64,000 nucleotides of DNA from contig CBDCCK010000002.1 in NCBI GenBank assembly GCA_965214835.1, forward strand, positions 3,072,001 to 3,136,000, written 5' to 3'. Positions within the stretch are counted from its first letter, which is position 1. Every line of letters begins with the position of its first letter. The notes beneath the pieces were generated by a model. That model saw only the letters and a list, made by a program, of their open reading frames with translations, ran no database searches and had not been told where the DNA came from. The translations under genes were made by a program, and so were the position numbers. The DNA comes from Nitrosopumilaceae archaeon (GTDB lineage: Archaea > Thermoproteota > Nitrososphaeria > Nitrososphaerales > Nitrosopumilaceae). This document shows positions 52,028 to 61,548 of this stretch, piece by piece.

Positions 52028-52156
52028 GGGGCTGTCGCCTAATTCCACCTACCTGACTCAACCTGCGCGTTTTTCTGAATTTCCGCCATTTTTGCACGCC
52101 TGATCCACATAGCGTCTCAGCGGTTTTCGGGAATTCTGGCGAATTAGGCGAGACAT
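52028..52156. mobile_element. MITE family B copy
   Basis: ggggctgtcgcctaattc...gaattaggcga. Confidence 0.8.
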
Positions 52157-52576
52157 CTATGTTAAAAGCATCCGTCGTAGAAACGACGATGTTCCTAGCT
52201 TCTTCTGATCCATGCCTAGCTGATCATGTCCCACTTTGTAGCTAACGCTGGTTTACATGATGCAGCCGCGCTTGCCTTGTCCGTGCGGTTGTGCCATATC
52301 CTCCCAGATAATAGGTGGGTGGCGGGGCAAGAGGTGAGTCACCGCCGACGGTTTCTTTCCTCCTAGTCTTGATGAACCAGAAGCTGTAGTCATTCACTAG
52401 TGCGAAGCACAGGAACGCCGCAGCTCGGATCCCCATTCGGCTACGAGTGCGCGAAGCACATGCATAATGAGGGGTTGATCCATCACCCTGGCTACGGCGA
52501 GGGCATTTTTATCATGTGTTCAACAAACTATATTTTTGAGAACATCTTTAAAGCACACATGTTCGTACAAAGGGTG

Positions 52577-53053
52577 ATGGATAGTACCACGAGCAGATCT
52601 GTAGTTGATTTGGGACTGGTATTACGAAATCTGGACAACTTTAGCATGTCCTCTTTTGATGGACGTCTGAAACTGCAAAAAACCGTATACCTGCTACAGT
52701 CATATGGGATTTATCTTGGATATGGATTTGCTTGGTACCTGCGTGGACCATACTCCACAAGACTAACAAAGGACGGATTCGTACTACAAGCAATTTACAA
52801 ACAGGTTCCAAAGGGCTCATTTAAGGAAAAAAACATTCAGAAACGATTCAGTGAATTTCTAAGATTCATGGAAGACAAAAAGGATGATCCGGGCAGGCTG
52901 GAAATACTGGCATCAATTCACTTTCTCAAAAAAGTTTACAAGGGTATGACCAAGACAGAGATACTCAAACGTGTCAAAGAAAAACAGTCTTACTTTACAG
53001 CGAAGCAGTGCAGGGACGGATGGGATGAGCTAAAGCAGGCAGGCATGATCTAG
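52577..53053 (+). CDS. SocA/Panacea (DUF4065)-like protein
   Basis: RLKLQKTVYLLQ, F.WYLRGPYS, LEILASIHF motifs; start trimmed to ATG 52577. Confidence 0.7.
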   Translation: MDSTTSRSVVDLGLVLRNLDNFSMSSFDGRLKLQKTVYLLQSYGIYLGYGFAWYLRGPYSTRLTKDGFVLQAIYKQVPKGSFKEKNIQKRFSEFLRFMEDKKDDPGRLEILASIHFLKKVYKGMTKTEILKRVKEKQSYFTAKQCRDGWDELKQAGMI

Positions 53054-53407
53054 ATGTCGCTAAAACCCAGGCACAGAACAACGGTTTTCCCACAAACAAG
53101 GGTCACCAGAAACTTTCCAAAAAACATCTTTGAGCTTCAAAAATCATTCAACAGCATCGACGATCTTGAAAAATTCCTCTTTCTGGCAGACGCCACCTGC
53201 CGAGACAGGCAGGCTGCAAGCATAGAAAAGGTACATGTGGATATTTTTAAAGAATCCACGGTTGCAAGGACAAAAGTGGCATCCTCACTCAGAGAGACAC
53301 TTGAAATTCTCTTGGACGAGGATCTGGTGAGGCAAATCAAAAAAAGTGAAAAAGACGTCAAGGAGGGCAGGCTGGTTCCGTGGAACAAGGTAAGGGCAAA
53401 TGTGTAA
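53054..53407 (+). CDS. Type II antitoxin (YefM/RelB-like C-terminus)
   Basis: SLRETLEILLDEDLVRQIKKSEKDVKEGRLVPW motif; overlaps the toxin gene. Confidence 0.72.
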   Translation: MSLKPRHRTTVFPQTRVTRNFPKNIFELQKSFNSIDDLEKFLFLADATCRDRQAASIEKVHVDIFKESTVARTKVASSLRETLEILLDEDLVRQIKKSEKDVKEGRLVPWNKVRANV

Positions 53408-53679
53408 CATATGCAGTCCGGTTAACCGCTAACTGCCAAAGACAATACAGTAAATTCAAGAAAAAAGGAGACAGGCAGCTCCTAAAAAGACTAACTTATG
53501 CAATTAATGATCTGAGAACAAACCCTCATAGCGGAAAAGACCTGGTAGGTGGCCTTAGAGGACTAAAATCTTCACGTATTGGAGGTTACAGAATAATCTA
53601 TAGCGTAAATGAAAGCCCAGAGTGCCTAGTCATTGTACAGTGCATAGGATCAAGGGACGCAATATACAACCTGTCATAG
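53380..53679 (+). CDS. RelE/ParE family toxin
   Basis: YAVRLT...L.TNPHSGKDLVGGLRGLKSSRIGGYRIIYSV...IGSRDAIY; start uncertain. Confidence 0.88.
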   Translation: MEQGKGKCVTYAVRLTANCQRQYSKFKKKGDRQLLKRLTYAINDLRTNPHSGKDLVGGLRGLKSSRIGGYRIIYSVNESPECLVIVQCIGSRDAIYNLS

Positions 53680-53694
53680 TGCCTAGCTTGCAGT

Positions 53695-53806
53695 GACGAC
53701 TAAAGCAGTGGGCGCTATATGAAATCTTGCCATGCCAAACATTCCTGCCAGGCGCGCCTCGTTGTAGGAGACGACTAAAGCAGTGGGCGCTATATGAAAT
53801 CTTGCC
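53695..53806. repeat. Isolated repeat-spacer-repeat unit 2 (37/38/37 bp)
   Basis: gacgactaaagcagtgggcgctatatgaaatcttgcc at 53695-53731 and 53770-53806. Confidence 0.95.
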
Positions 53807-54359
53807 GGTATCCTAGCATGCAGTCACGCCCCCATCCTTTTCCCTCATTTTTTCATGATGTATCTGTGTGGCATGTTGTGTAGGTTGAGGCCCCTTCTGC
53901 TGAAATTTTGCCCTTGCATACCGGTGAAAGGACGTGTCCTTCCATGCGTGGTTTTTGATTATCGCACCTGGCTGACTTTCATGTACGGGTACGCCGAGTA
54001 TGCAAAGACTAGAAACCCCGTTGGCACTCATGCTGCTGAAAAACTCCTTGTATTCGGCCCCGGCAGGTTAGCCGCTTTTTCACTCTCCTGCGACTCGAGC
54101 TCCCCTGCCACGTTCTGCCCTCAGTCGACCTTCTTCCATGAGCAGCCGCCAAAACCCAGACATTCTCCGGATGCCATGCCCTCTCGTCTGCTGTCTCGCT
54201 GTACGGGCCGTAGCTGCCAGCATCACAGCTGTGCCTGTCCTCTGACTTTCCAGCCTGTCCGCGAGCAGAGACATCATTTTTTGCAGCCCTGCCCCTGACC
54301 GGCTCGTCATTGGTGCTTACCAGCATAATCATCCCACCTTTGCAGGCCATCTGCGCCGT

Positions 54360-55262
54360 TGATCGCTTTTTCCAAGCCTGTCATCCCTTCATCCCGGATG
54401 TCCTGATGTGTGGGCTGTGATGCCTGTGATTTTGATCCCCTGCTGCGGCAAAGTCGGGCGATATCACAGCTTCTGGCCCGAATGCCGCTGCCGGGCTCCT
54501 TTATCGCTCTGCCAAGATCGCATTTACCACGCCGTCCTGCCCCGGCCTTGAGACGATCCTACATTTTCCATCCTCTGTCTCAAGGACTGCGCCCCTTGTA
54601 ATCACGCCGCGGCGCCTGTAGTCGTTGTTTGTCGGGTTCAAGACCTTGAGAATCTTTGTCTTTACCCTGCCGTCTCCGGTGACTAGGTTTGCAAAGTCAT
54701 GTCCCGTCACCTCCCCGTGTTTTGCGTGGCTCCAGCTCCTGTACTTGCGGAGGCCGAATCCCGTCGAGTCGCCGTGCAGATCCGCTATGCGCTCGCCGTC
54801 TGACATGGCCAGCATGACCTCGTCCACAAAGTCCTTGCCCATGTCCCAGAGCATCTTCATCCTGTTGTGCAGCATCGACTTGGAGTGTGCATATCTCAGG
54901 CCACCCCGCCTGAGATCGTCAGGGTGTCTCCAGATGCGTGACCATCCTCCTGTAGGACAGGCCGTTTTCGATCCTGAGGATCGCAATGCGTATGGCAGAC
55001 CACGCAAGGCCGGCATCGATTCCCGTCTCGGCCGCCATCTTCCTGGCCACCCTGCGTACGATCTTTCTGATTCTTCATCATCCTCTTCTTGCGGGAGCTC
55101 TCCTGCCTGCGCTTTTGCTCATAGAGGCGGTTGTAGTCCGTGTTCTTTCTGTCGTTGCTCATTGGAATATCCGGGATCGGCTGATCAAAAGCGTTTTCGG
55201 TGCCGTGCGCCCGTGATCTACAAGCCTGGCGGTCATTTTGCGGAAATTTTTTGGACAACCCC
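54360..55262 (-). mobile_element. IS5-family remnant carrying an rps8e fragment
   Basis: End ggggttgtccaaaaaa; DYNRLYEQKR, HGDSTGFG..Y..W.HAKHG motifs. Confidence 0.7.
54501..54698 (-). pseudogene. rps8e: Ribosomal protein S8e C-terminal fragment
   Basis: FANL...TKILKVLNPTNNDYRRRGVITRGAVLETEDGKCRIVSRPGQDGVVNAIL. Confidence 0.9.
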
Positions 55263-55395
55263 CATATTTCTTGGCATAATCGGCCTTCATTGCCTCACTG
55301 GCGTCCCTGTCGAGATAAAGTGTAATACGGATGGGATCCACCTTGGCCGCCACCATAGCAATACTTTTTAGAGAAAAATTAAGAGTCTGAGATCT

Positions 55396-56628
55396 ATGGA
55401 AAGATCCGGCGTGTTGATTGGGGGGGTGTTTAGCGTGGCAGTCGCAATAGTTGCCATCACGGTACTGATGAGTCCCCCCTTGGAGATGCAGTCCAAGGTG
55501 GCAGTTGATGAGGAAATTATCAAGGCGGGGAACGAGACCGTAGCCAAGATCAACACGACGGAACAGGTGGCAGTTGATGAGGAAATTATCAAGGCGGGGA
55601 TGTCGCCCAATTCGCTTCAGGCCGCCTCCGCCGGCGAGGCACAAATCGACATGCTCAGTGAGCTGTCCCTGGTGGAGGTTTTTAGGATGTCAGAGCCGGG
55701 GGTGGTCCAGATTAACGTAAGAAAGGGGATCTCCGACATTTCCGGGATCGGCCTGGGCTCGGGTTTTGTCTATGATGTCGAGGGTCACATAATTACCAAC
55801 GCACACGTGGTTAGAAACGCAGAGGATGTCATCATTACGTTTTTGGATGGACGCTCGTACATCGGACAGGTGATTGGGGCAGACATGGATACCGATTTGG
55901 CGGTGATCAAGTCCGATGCAAACCGCACCACGCTGCACCCACTGCCAATCGGAGACTCGTCAAGGCTCAAAATTGGAGAGCAGATAGCAGCAATAGGAAA
56001 CCCGTTTGGGCTGTCGGGCTCGATGACGTCAGGAATAATAAGCCAGATCGGGCGCCTTCTTCCCCAGGCAACAGGATTCTCAATACCAGACATAATACAG
56101 ACGGATGCGGCCATAAACCCAGGCAACTCAGGCGGTCCTCTAATCAACATGATGGGGGAGGTGGTAGGAGTCAATACGGCAATACAGTCCGCCACGGGCG
56201 AGTTCACCGGAATTGGGTTTGCAGTGCCATCAAACACAATCTCAAAAATTGTCCCGGTGCTGATTTCTGAGGGGGAATACCAGCACCCGTGGCTTGGAGT
56301 CAGGGGAGCCGATATCGGTCCAGAATACGCAGATGTCCTGAACCTTTTGGATGCAAGGGGGTTTCTGATAATGGATGTAATAGACGACAGTCCGGCATTC
56401 AAGGCAGGACTGCAGGGAGCAACGGACACAGTCCAAAAGGACGGGCAGGTCTACAGGATAGGCGGGGATATCGTGCTGTCGGTGGACGGCAAGGAGGTAA
56501 GAAAGATTGACGACATCCTGCTACACCTGCAAAGGGAAAAGGCTGTCGGGGACACGCTGGAACTAGAGGTTCTTCGAGACGGCAGAACCTCCAGCCTGGC
56601 AATCATGCTAGAAGAGCGGCCAGAGTAA
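55396..56628 (+). CDS. htrA: HtrA/DegP-like membrane-anchored serine protease with PDZ domain
   Basis: GSGF, ITNAHVV, DLAVIK, AIGNPFGL, IQTDAAINPGNSGGPL; PDZ. Confidence 0.93.
   Translation: MERSGVLIGGVFSVAVAIVAITVLMSPPLEMQSKVAVDEEIIKAGNETVAKINTTEQVAVDEEIIKAGMSPNSLQAASAGEAQIDMLSELSLVEVFRMSEPGVVQINVRKGISDISGIGLGSGFVYDVEGHIITNAHVVRNAEDVIITFLDGRSYIGQVIGADMDTDLAVIKSDANRTTLHPLPIGDSSRLKIGEQIAAIGNPFGLSGSMTSGIISQIGRLLPQATGFSIPDIIQTDAAINPGNSGGPLINMMGEVVGVNTAIQSATGEFTGIGFAVPSNTISKIVPVLISEGEYQHPWLGVRGADIGPEYADVLNLLDARGFLIMDVIDDSPAFKAGLQGATDTVQKDGQVYRIGGDIVLSVDGKEVRKIDDILLHLQREKAVGDTLELEVLRDGRTSSLAIMLEERPE
55496..55600. repeat. Isolated repeat-spacer-repeat unit 3 (36/33/36 bp), in frame within htrA
   Basis: aggtggcagttgatgaggaaattatcaaggcgggga at 55496-55531 and 55565-55600. 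Confidence 0.95.
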
Positions 56629-56661
56629 TACAAGAATAAATACTTGAAACCTTCACAAGTC

Positions 56662-57834
56662 ATGTTGAGTGAGCTGATTCTTAACTCAGAATCATTGAAC
56701 CGGGTTTTAGATGGAGGACAGCTGCCAAGGGAGGGGCTGTACGAGGTGTTTGAGTCATCCCAGAATAATCCCGGCGAGCTGTTCAAGGCAGCGCAAGCAC
56801 TGCGCAGAAAAAACAAAGGCGGCTTTGTCAGCTTTTCCAAAAAGGCGTTTTTCAACCTGGTAAACCTGTGCAGGGATGCGTGCTCGTACTGCACATACAA
56901 GGCAGAGCCGGGAGAGAAAAAGCTGTCACTAATGTCAAGGCAGGGCGTCTCAGAGGCACTGGATCTGGCCAAAAGGTACCGCTGCGTGGAGGCGCTGCTT
57001 GTCACAGGCGAGAGTCCCGAGCACAGGTACCAGGAGGCAAGGGACTGGCTAAGGCAGAACGGGTTTTCAAGCACCGTCGAGTACATCGCGCACTGCTCTG
57101 AGGTCGCACTGGAGAGGGGGCTGTTCCCACACACCAATGCAGGCAACCTCTCAAAGGAGGAAATGGCCGAGCTCAAGAAAACAAATGTAAGCATGGGCCT
57201 GATGCTGGAAAACGTCAGCGACCGGCTCGCCCAAAAAGGCGGGCCCCATTTTTTTGCAGCAAGCAAGAGCCCAAAGGCAAGGCTGGAGGTGCTGGAAAAT
57301 GCCGGGAAGCTGAAGATTCCAATGACTACGGGGGTGCTGCTGGGAATAGGCGAGACCGCCGAGGAGATGATCGACTCCATAGTTGCAATACAGCAGATTC
57401 ATCATAGACACGGAAACATTCAGGAGGTGATCCTGCAAAACTTCCAACCAAAGCCGGACACGATGATGGGCGGGCACCCGTCGGCAGACGAGGGCTACTT
57501 TAAGACGGTCGTGGCACTGACAAGGGTAGTCATGCCGGAGATGAACATACAGGTACCGCCAAACCTTTCGCCCGGATCATACCAGGGCTTCATAGAGGCG
57601 GGAATCAACGACTGGGGCGGGATATCACCGCTTACGCCAGACTTTGTAAATCCGGAGTTCCCCTGGCCGGACATAGGTGCAGTGGAGCGGAACTGCAGTG
57701 ATGCGGGGTTTGGCCTAAAGTGCAGGTTCCCGGTTTACCCGGAGTTTTTCTCCATGGTGGATGACGGCCTGAGAGACAGGCTCTCATCAATCGCAGATGT
57801 GGACGGGTATGTCAGAGAGGACTATTGGAGGTAG
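56662..57834 (+). CDS. cofG: FO synthase subunit CofG
   Basis: LCRDACSYC, PHTNAG, SMGLMLE, QEVILQNFQPK, IQVPPNL, INDWGGISP motifs. Confidence 0.95.
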   Translation: MLSELILNSESLNRVLDGGQLPREGLYEVFESSQNNPGELFKAAQALRRKNKGGFVSFSKKAFFNLVNLCRDACSYCTYKAEPGEKKLSLMSRQGVSEALDLAKRYRCVEALLVTGESPEHRYQEARDWLRQNGFSSTVEYIAHCSEVALERGLFPHTNAGNLSKEEMAELKKTNVSMGLMLENVSDRLAQKGGPHFFAASKSPKARLEVLENAGKLKIPMTTGVLLGIGETAEEMIDSIVAIQQIHHRHGNIQEVILQNFQPKPDTMMGGHPSADEGYFKTVVALTRVVMPEMNIQVPPNLSPGSYQGFIEAGINDWGGISPLTPDFVNPEFPWPDIGAVERNCSDAGFGLKCRFPVYPEFFSMVDDGLRDRLSSIADVDGYVREDYWR

Positions 57835-57837
57835 GAG

Positions 57838-59085
57838 ATGCAGGCGACAGAGTCCGTGCTCAGGGATGCAGATCCGCAGGTGGCAGACGTCCTAAACAGG
57901 GCGCTTGATGAAAGGGAGATCTCGCCTCAGGAGGGCCTTGTGCTGTACGACGTAGGAGGACAGGATCTCCATCTTGTCGGACTGGTTGCCGACGAGCTGA
58001 GACGGAGGAGGGTCGGGGACGTCGTGACATATGTGGTGAATCGCAACATCAACTTTACCAACGTATGCATAAAGCAGTGTGGATTCTGCGCGTTCAGCAG
58101 GGACTTTAGAGAGGAGGAGGGGTACCTTCTGCCCACAGAGGAGGTGGTCAGGAGGGCAAGGGAGGCGCACAGCCTGGGTGCAACCGAGGTCTGCATCCAG
58201 GCAGGACTGCCGCCGGATATGGACGGCAGCCTGTATGAAGACATGTGCAGGGCAATCAAGAGTGAGGTTCCAGGCATCCACATACACGGTTTTTCGCCAG
58301 AGGAGGTTCTCTACGGCGCGTCGAGATCCCATTCATCAGTCAGGGACTATCTGCTGAGGCTAAAGGATGCAGGGGTAGACACGCTGCCGGGAACGGCCGC
58401 CGAGATCTTGGATCAGGGCATGAGGGACAGGATATCCCCGGGGCGAATATCGGTAAAGGACTGGATTGATGTGATAAAAACCGCCCACGGCGTAGGAATC
58501 AGCACCACATCGACTATGATGTTCGGCCACGTTGAGACGGCAGAGGACAGGGTAAGACACATTGCAAAGATCAGGGAGATTCAAAAGGAGACGGGCGGGT
58601 TTACGGAATTTGTTCCGCTGAATTTCGTGCACGCAGAGGCCCCAATGTACAAGCACCGGCTGCACGAGGGCATCAGGGAGGGGGCAAGCGCAAGGGACAT
58701 CCTCCTGACGCACGCGGTGGCAAGAATCATGCTAAACAACCAAATCGACAACATCCAGACGTCATGGGTAAAGGAGGGTCAAAGAATGGCGCAGTTGCTG
58801 CTTATGTGGGGCGCCAACGATTTTGGAGGAACGCTGATCAACGAGAGCATCTCGACCTCGGCAGGGTCTGCACACGGCCAGCTCCTAAGGCCCAAGGAGA
58901 TCAGGCGGATGGTAAGGGAGGTGGGAAGAGTGCCTGCAGAGAGAAGTACGAGGTACCGGATCCTGAGGGAATTCTCGTCTGAGAACCAGGACGGCGCGCT
59001 TGACTCGGCCGATCAGGAGCGGTTCGGATCATACTTTGACTTGATCAAGATCAACAAATATCGCTACAAAAACCCCCGAAGGTAA
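57838..59085 (+). CDS. cofH: FO synthase subunit CofH
   Basis: VTYVVNRNINFTNVC..CGFCAF, PGTAAEIL, GFTEFVPL, NIQTSWVK motifs. Confidence 0.95.
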   Translation: MQATESVLRDADPQVADVLNRALDEREISPQEGLVLYDVGGQDLHLVGLVADELRRRRVGDVVTYVVNRNINFTNVCIKQCGFCAFSRDFREEEGYLLPTEEVVRRAREAHSLGATEVCIQAGLPPDMDGSLYEDMCRAIKSEVPGIHIHGFSPEEVLYGASRSHSSVRDYLLRLKDAGVDTLPGTAAEILDQGMRDRISPGRISVKDWIDVIKTAHGVGISTTSTMMFGHVETAEDRVRHIAKIREIQKETGGFTEFVPLNFVHAEAPMYKHRLHEGIREGASARDILLTHAVARIMLNNQIDNIQTSWVKEGQRMAQLLLMWGANDFGGTLINESISTSAGSAHGQLLRPKEIRRMVREVGRVPAERSTRYRILREFSSENQDGALDSADQERFGSYFDLIKINKYRYKNPRR

Positions 59086-60447
59086 TTGTCACACTGTGAA
59101 GGCGTCTTGCGGGCCGCAAAAAGGATCGGGGCCTGCGAGTCAGAGGCGGTATACTCAAAAAAACGAGTCGTCACGGTCAGAATTACGGACTCGGAGATCG
59201 CCGAGGTAAAGGAGACGGTCAGCGAGGGGATATCGGCCAGGCTGGTTCAGGGAAAGAGGATGCTTTCGATCAAAGCGTCGGATCCGGATAAAATTTCACA
59301 GTATATGGAGGACGGCCAAAGGGCGGCAAGGTACCTGAGGCCAAAGGAGTTTTGGAGGACGCTTCCCCAAGGATCCCCAGGCAGCAGAAAAATCGACAGG
59401 ACCTATGATTCAAGGCTAGACGAGATCCGGGGGGGTGACGCCGCAGATGTTGCCCAGACCATGATAAACGAGGCCATGGACTGCAGGATAGCGGCAGTTT
59501 CGGGGTCGCTGAACATAGTATCAGACAGGTTCCAGATAGCAAACAGCCACGGCCTTGAGCTTGAGGATTCTAGCACATACATTTCGGGAGTCATAAACGC
59601 AGACTCGAAAAGCGGGCCCGTGGCAGTCTCGGGGATAGGGCAGGACTGCTGCAGGACGCTAGGGGGGTTTGATGCTGGCAGGGTCGGGCAGGATGCAAGG
59701 GCCATGTGCATCGGCTCGGCCAACCCAAAAAGGACAGAGTCGGGGGAGTATTCTGTGATTTTGGAGCCGTATTCTGTGGGAGAGATAATGGCCTTTGTTC
59801 TTGCATCGAACTTCAGTTTTCGGGCACTGCGGGAAAAAAGGAGCTGCTTTTCAGGCAGGCAGAACAGTGCCGTTGCGCCAGACATCCTGAACATTTCAGA
59901 TGATCCCTTTGTTCCAGACTCAATTGGGGCAAAGGCAGTCGATGACGAGGGGGTGCGCACCAAAAGGCTGTCTTTTATAAAAGGCGGGATATTCAGTGAT
60001 GCGTTCTCTGACCTTGAGGACGCATACAGGTTTGACGGCAGATCCTCAGGAAATGCAAGCAGGCCAGGATCGCCGATGGGAACCAGTGCAGAGCCCGACC
60101 CGATTGCGGCGCCCCACAACATCAGAATCGAGGGACGCACATGCAAGCGGGGCGACATGATCAAGGATGTCAAAAGGGGGATCATCGTAGGCAGGCTCTG
60201 GTACACGTATGCGATGAACCCCACCCGCGGGGATTTTTCATGTACGGCAAGAAGCGGAATACAGATTGTTGAAAACGGGGAGGTAAAAAACCCGGGCAAG
60301 CCGGTAAGAATAGTTTACAACCTCAGGAGGCTTCTTGAGAACACGGCAAATATCGCAGACGACGCAAGAAGCGTTCAGCAGTGGGACTCCCTGCCGTCAA
60401 TTGTGCCAACGGTGCAGTTCGACGGGGTTCCGGTGAGATCCATATAA
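59086..60447 (+). CDS. TldD/PmbA family protein (PmbA/TldE-like)
   Basis: GEYSVILEP, DDEG, SSGNA, GDFS, IVENGEV motifs. Confidence 0.88.
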   Translation: MSHCEGVLRAAKRIGACESEAVYSKKRVVTVRITDSEIAEVKETVSEGISARLVQGKRMLSIKASDPDKISQYMEDGQRAARYLRPKEFWRTLPQGSPGSRKIDRTYDSRLDEIRGGDAADVAQTMINEAMDCRIAAVSGSLNIVSDRFQIANSHGLELEDSSTYISGVINADSKSGPVAVSGIGQDCCRTLGGFDAGRVGQDARAMCIGSANPKRTESGEYSVILEPYSVGEIMAFVLASNFSFRALREKRSCFSGRQNSAVAPDILNISDDPFVPDSIGAKAVDDEGVRTKRLSFIKGGIFSDAFSDLEDAYRFDGRSSGNASRPGSPMGTSAEPDPIAAPHNIRIEGRTCKRGDMIKDVKRGIIVGRLWYTYAMNPTRGDFSCTARSGIQIVENGEVKNPGKPVRIVYNLRRLLENTANIADDARSVQQWDSLPSIVPTVQFDGVPVRSI

Positions 60448-61386
60448 TCACAGGTACAAAAGCGACAAAGCAAGGTAGGCCGCATATCCCACGGCCAGGC
60501 CAACGCCGACTTTGCGCGCAACCAGGCCTGTTTTCATGACCGCGACCAGTACAAGGCTGAATCCAACCATGACTGCATAGTCGACATAGATTTCGTCGAC
60601 TATTGCAATGCCGGCCAAGGCAGAGGCCACGCCCATAATCATCAGGATGTTGTATATGTTGCTTCCAACAATATTTCCGATTCCGATGTCGGCATGTCCC
60701 TTCCTGATTGCAATGACGGACGTGATCAGCTCCGGCAGGGATGTGCCGATTGCAATTATTGTAATCCCTATGACCTTTTCAGATATGCCAAATGACTGCG
60801 CAATTCTTACGGCATTGTCGACGGTAAGCTCCGAGCCAACATACAAGAGCGCAATTCCAACCCCCAGCAGGACAAATGACTTCAGGTGGGAGCTGCCGGA
60901 GCGTTCAGTGGCGTCTTTCTCTCTTGCCGGCTGCCCCATCCTGATTGAGCGGTACGTGAGGGCCGTAAATGCAACCAACACGGCGATTAAGAGGGCCCCG
61001 TCATACTGAGATATCTGGCCGTCCAAAGACAGGGCAATCAGAAGTGCAGAGGCGCCTAGCACGACAAGCAGCTCCTTTCGGACTGCCGTCCTGCTGACTG
61101 CCAGGGGAACTAGGATTGCAGACACTCCTATAACCATTCCAACATTGGCGATGTTGCTTCCGACGATATTGCCCAAGATTATCTGGGAGTGCTCCCCTGC
61201 AGCAGCAATGCTTGCGGCCAGCTCGGGAGTCGACGTCCCATAGGCTACCACGGTCATGCCAATCACGATGTTGCTTATGCCCAAGCGCTTTGCAATAGCC
61301 ACGCCCCCACCAACAAGCCAGTGGCCGCCATAGCACAGCATGGCAAGTCCTGCAATGGTCAGTGCTGCATTTAGGGCAAGCTCCAT
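60448..61386 (-). CDS. Na+/Ca2+ antiporter (CaCA family)
   Basis: Two GTS(T/L)PEL...GNIVGSNI repeats. Confidence 0.95.
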   Translation of the reverse strand: MELALNAALTIAGLAMLCYGGHWLVGGGVAIAKRLGISNIVIGMTVVAYGTSTPELAASIAAAGEHSQIILGNIVGSNIANVGMVIGVSAILVPLAVSRTAVRKELLVVLGASALLIALSLDGQISQYDGALLIAVLVAFTALTYRSIRMGQPAREKDATERSGSSHLKSFVLLGVGIALLYVGSELTVDNAVRIAQSFGISEKVIGITIIAIGTSLPELITSVIAIRKGHADIGIGNIVGSNIYNILMIMGVASALAGIAIVDEIYVDYAVMVGFSLVLVAVMKTGLVARKVGVGLAVGYAAYLALSLLYL

Positions 61387-61548
61387 GGATTGGTCTTCAA
61401 GGAGGGCTGTTTAAAGTGGTACCTTGCCCCTCGCTTGCCAACCTAGCAGCGGGAGCCAGTTCTGGCCCAGTCCAGGCACAAGGTGCCGGCAGAATCTGCC
61501 GAAAATGACAGATAACAATGAAATAGTAAAAACCACCAGAGAAGCCAT

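Noticed and set aside
44143-55600. Calling the three repeat-spacer-repeat units canonical CRISPR arrays
   Set aside because: Each has only two repeats, the repeats differ between loci, and no leader or cas genes are visible; reported as repeats and findings instead
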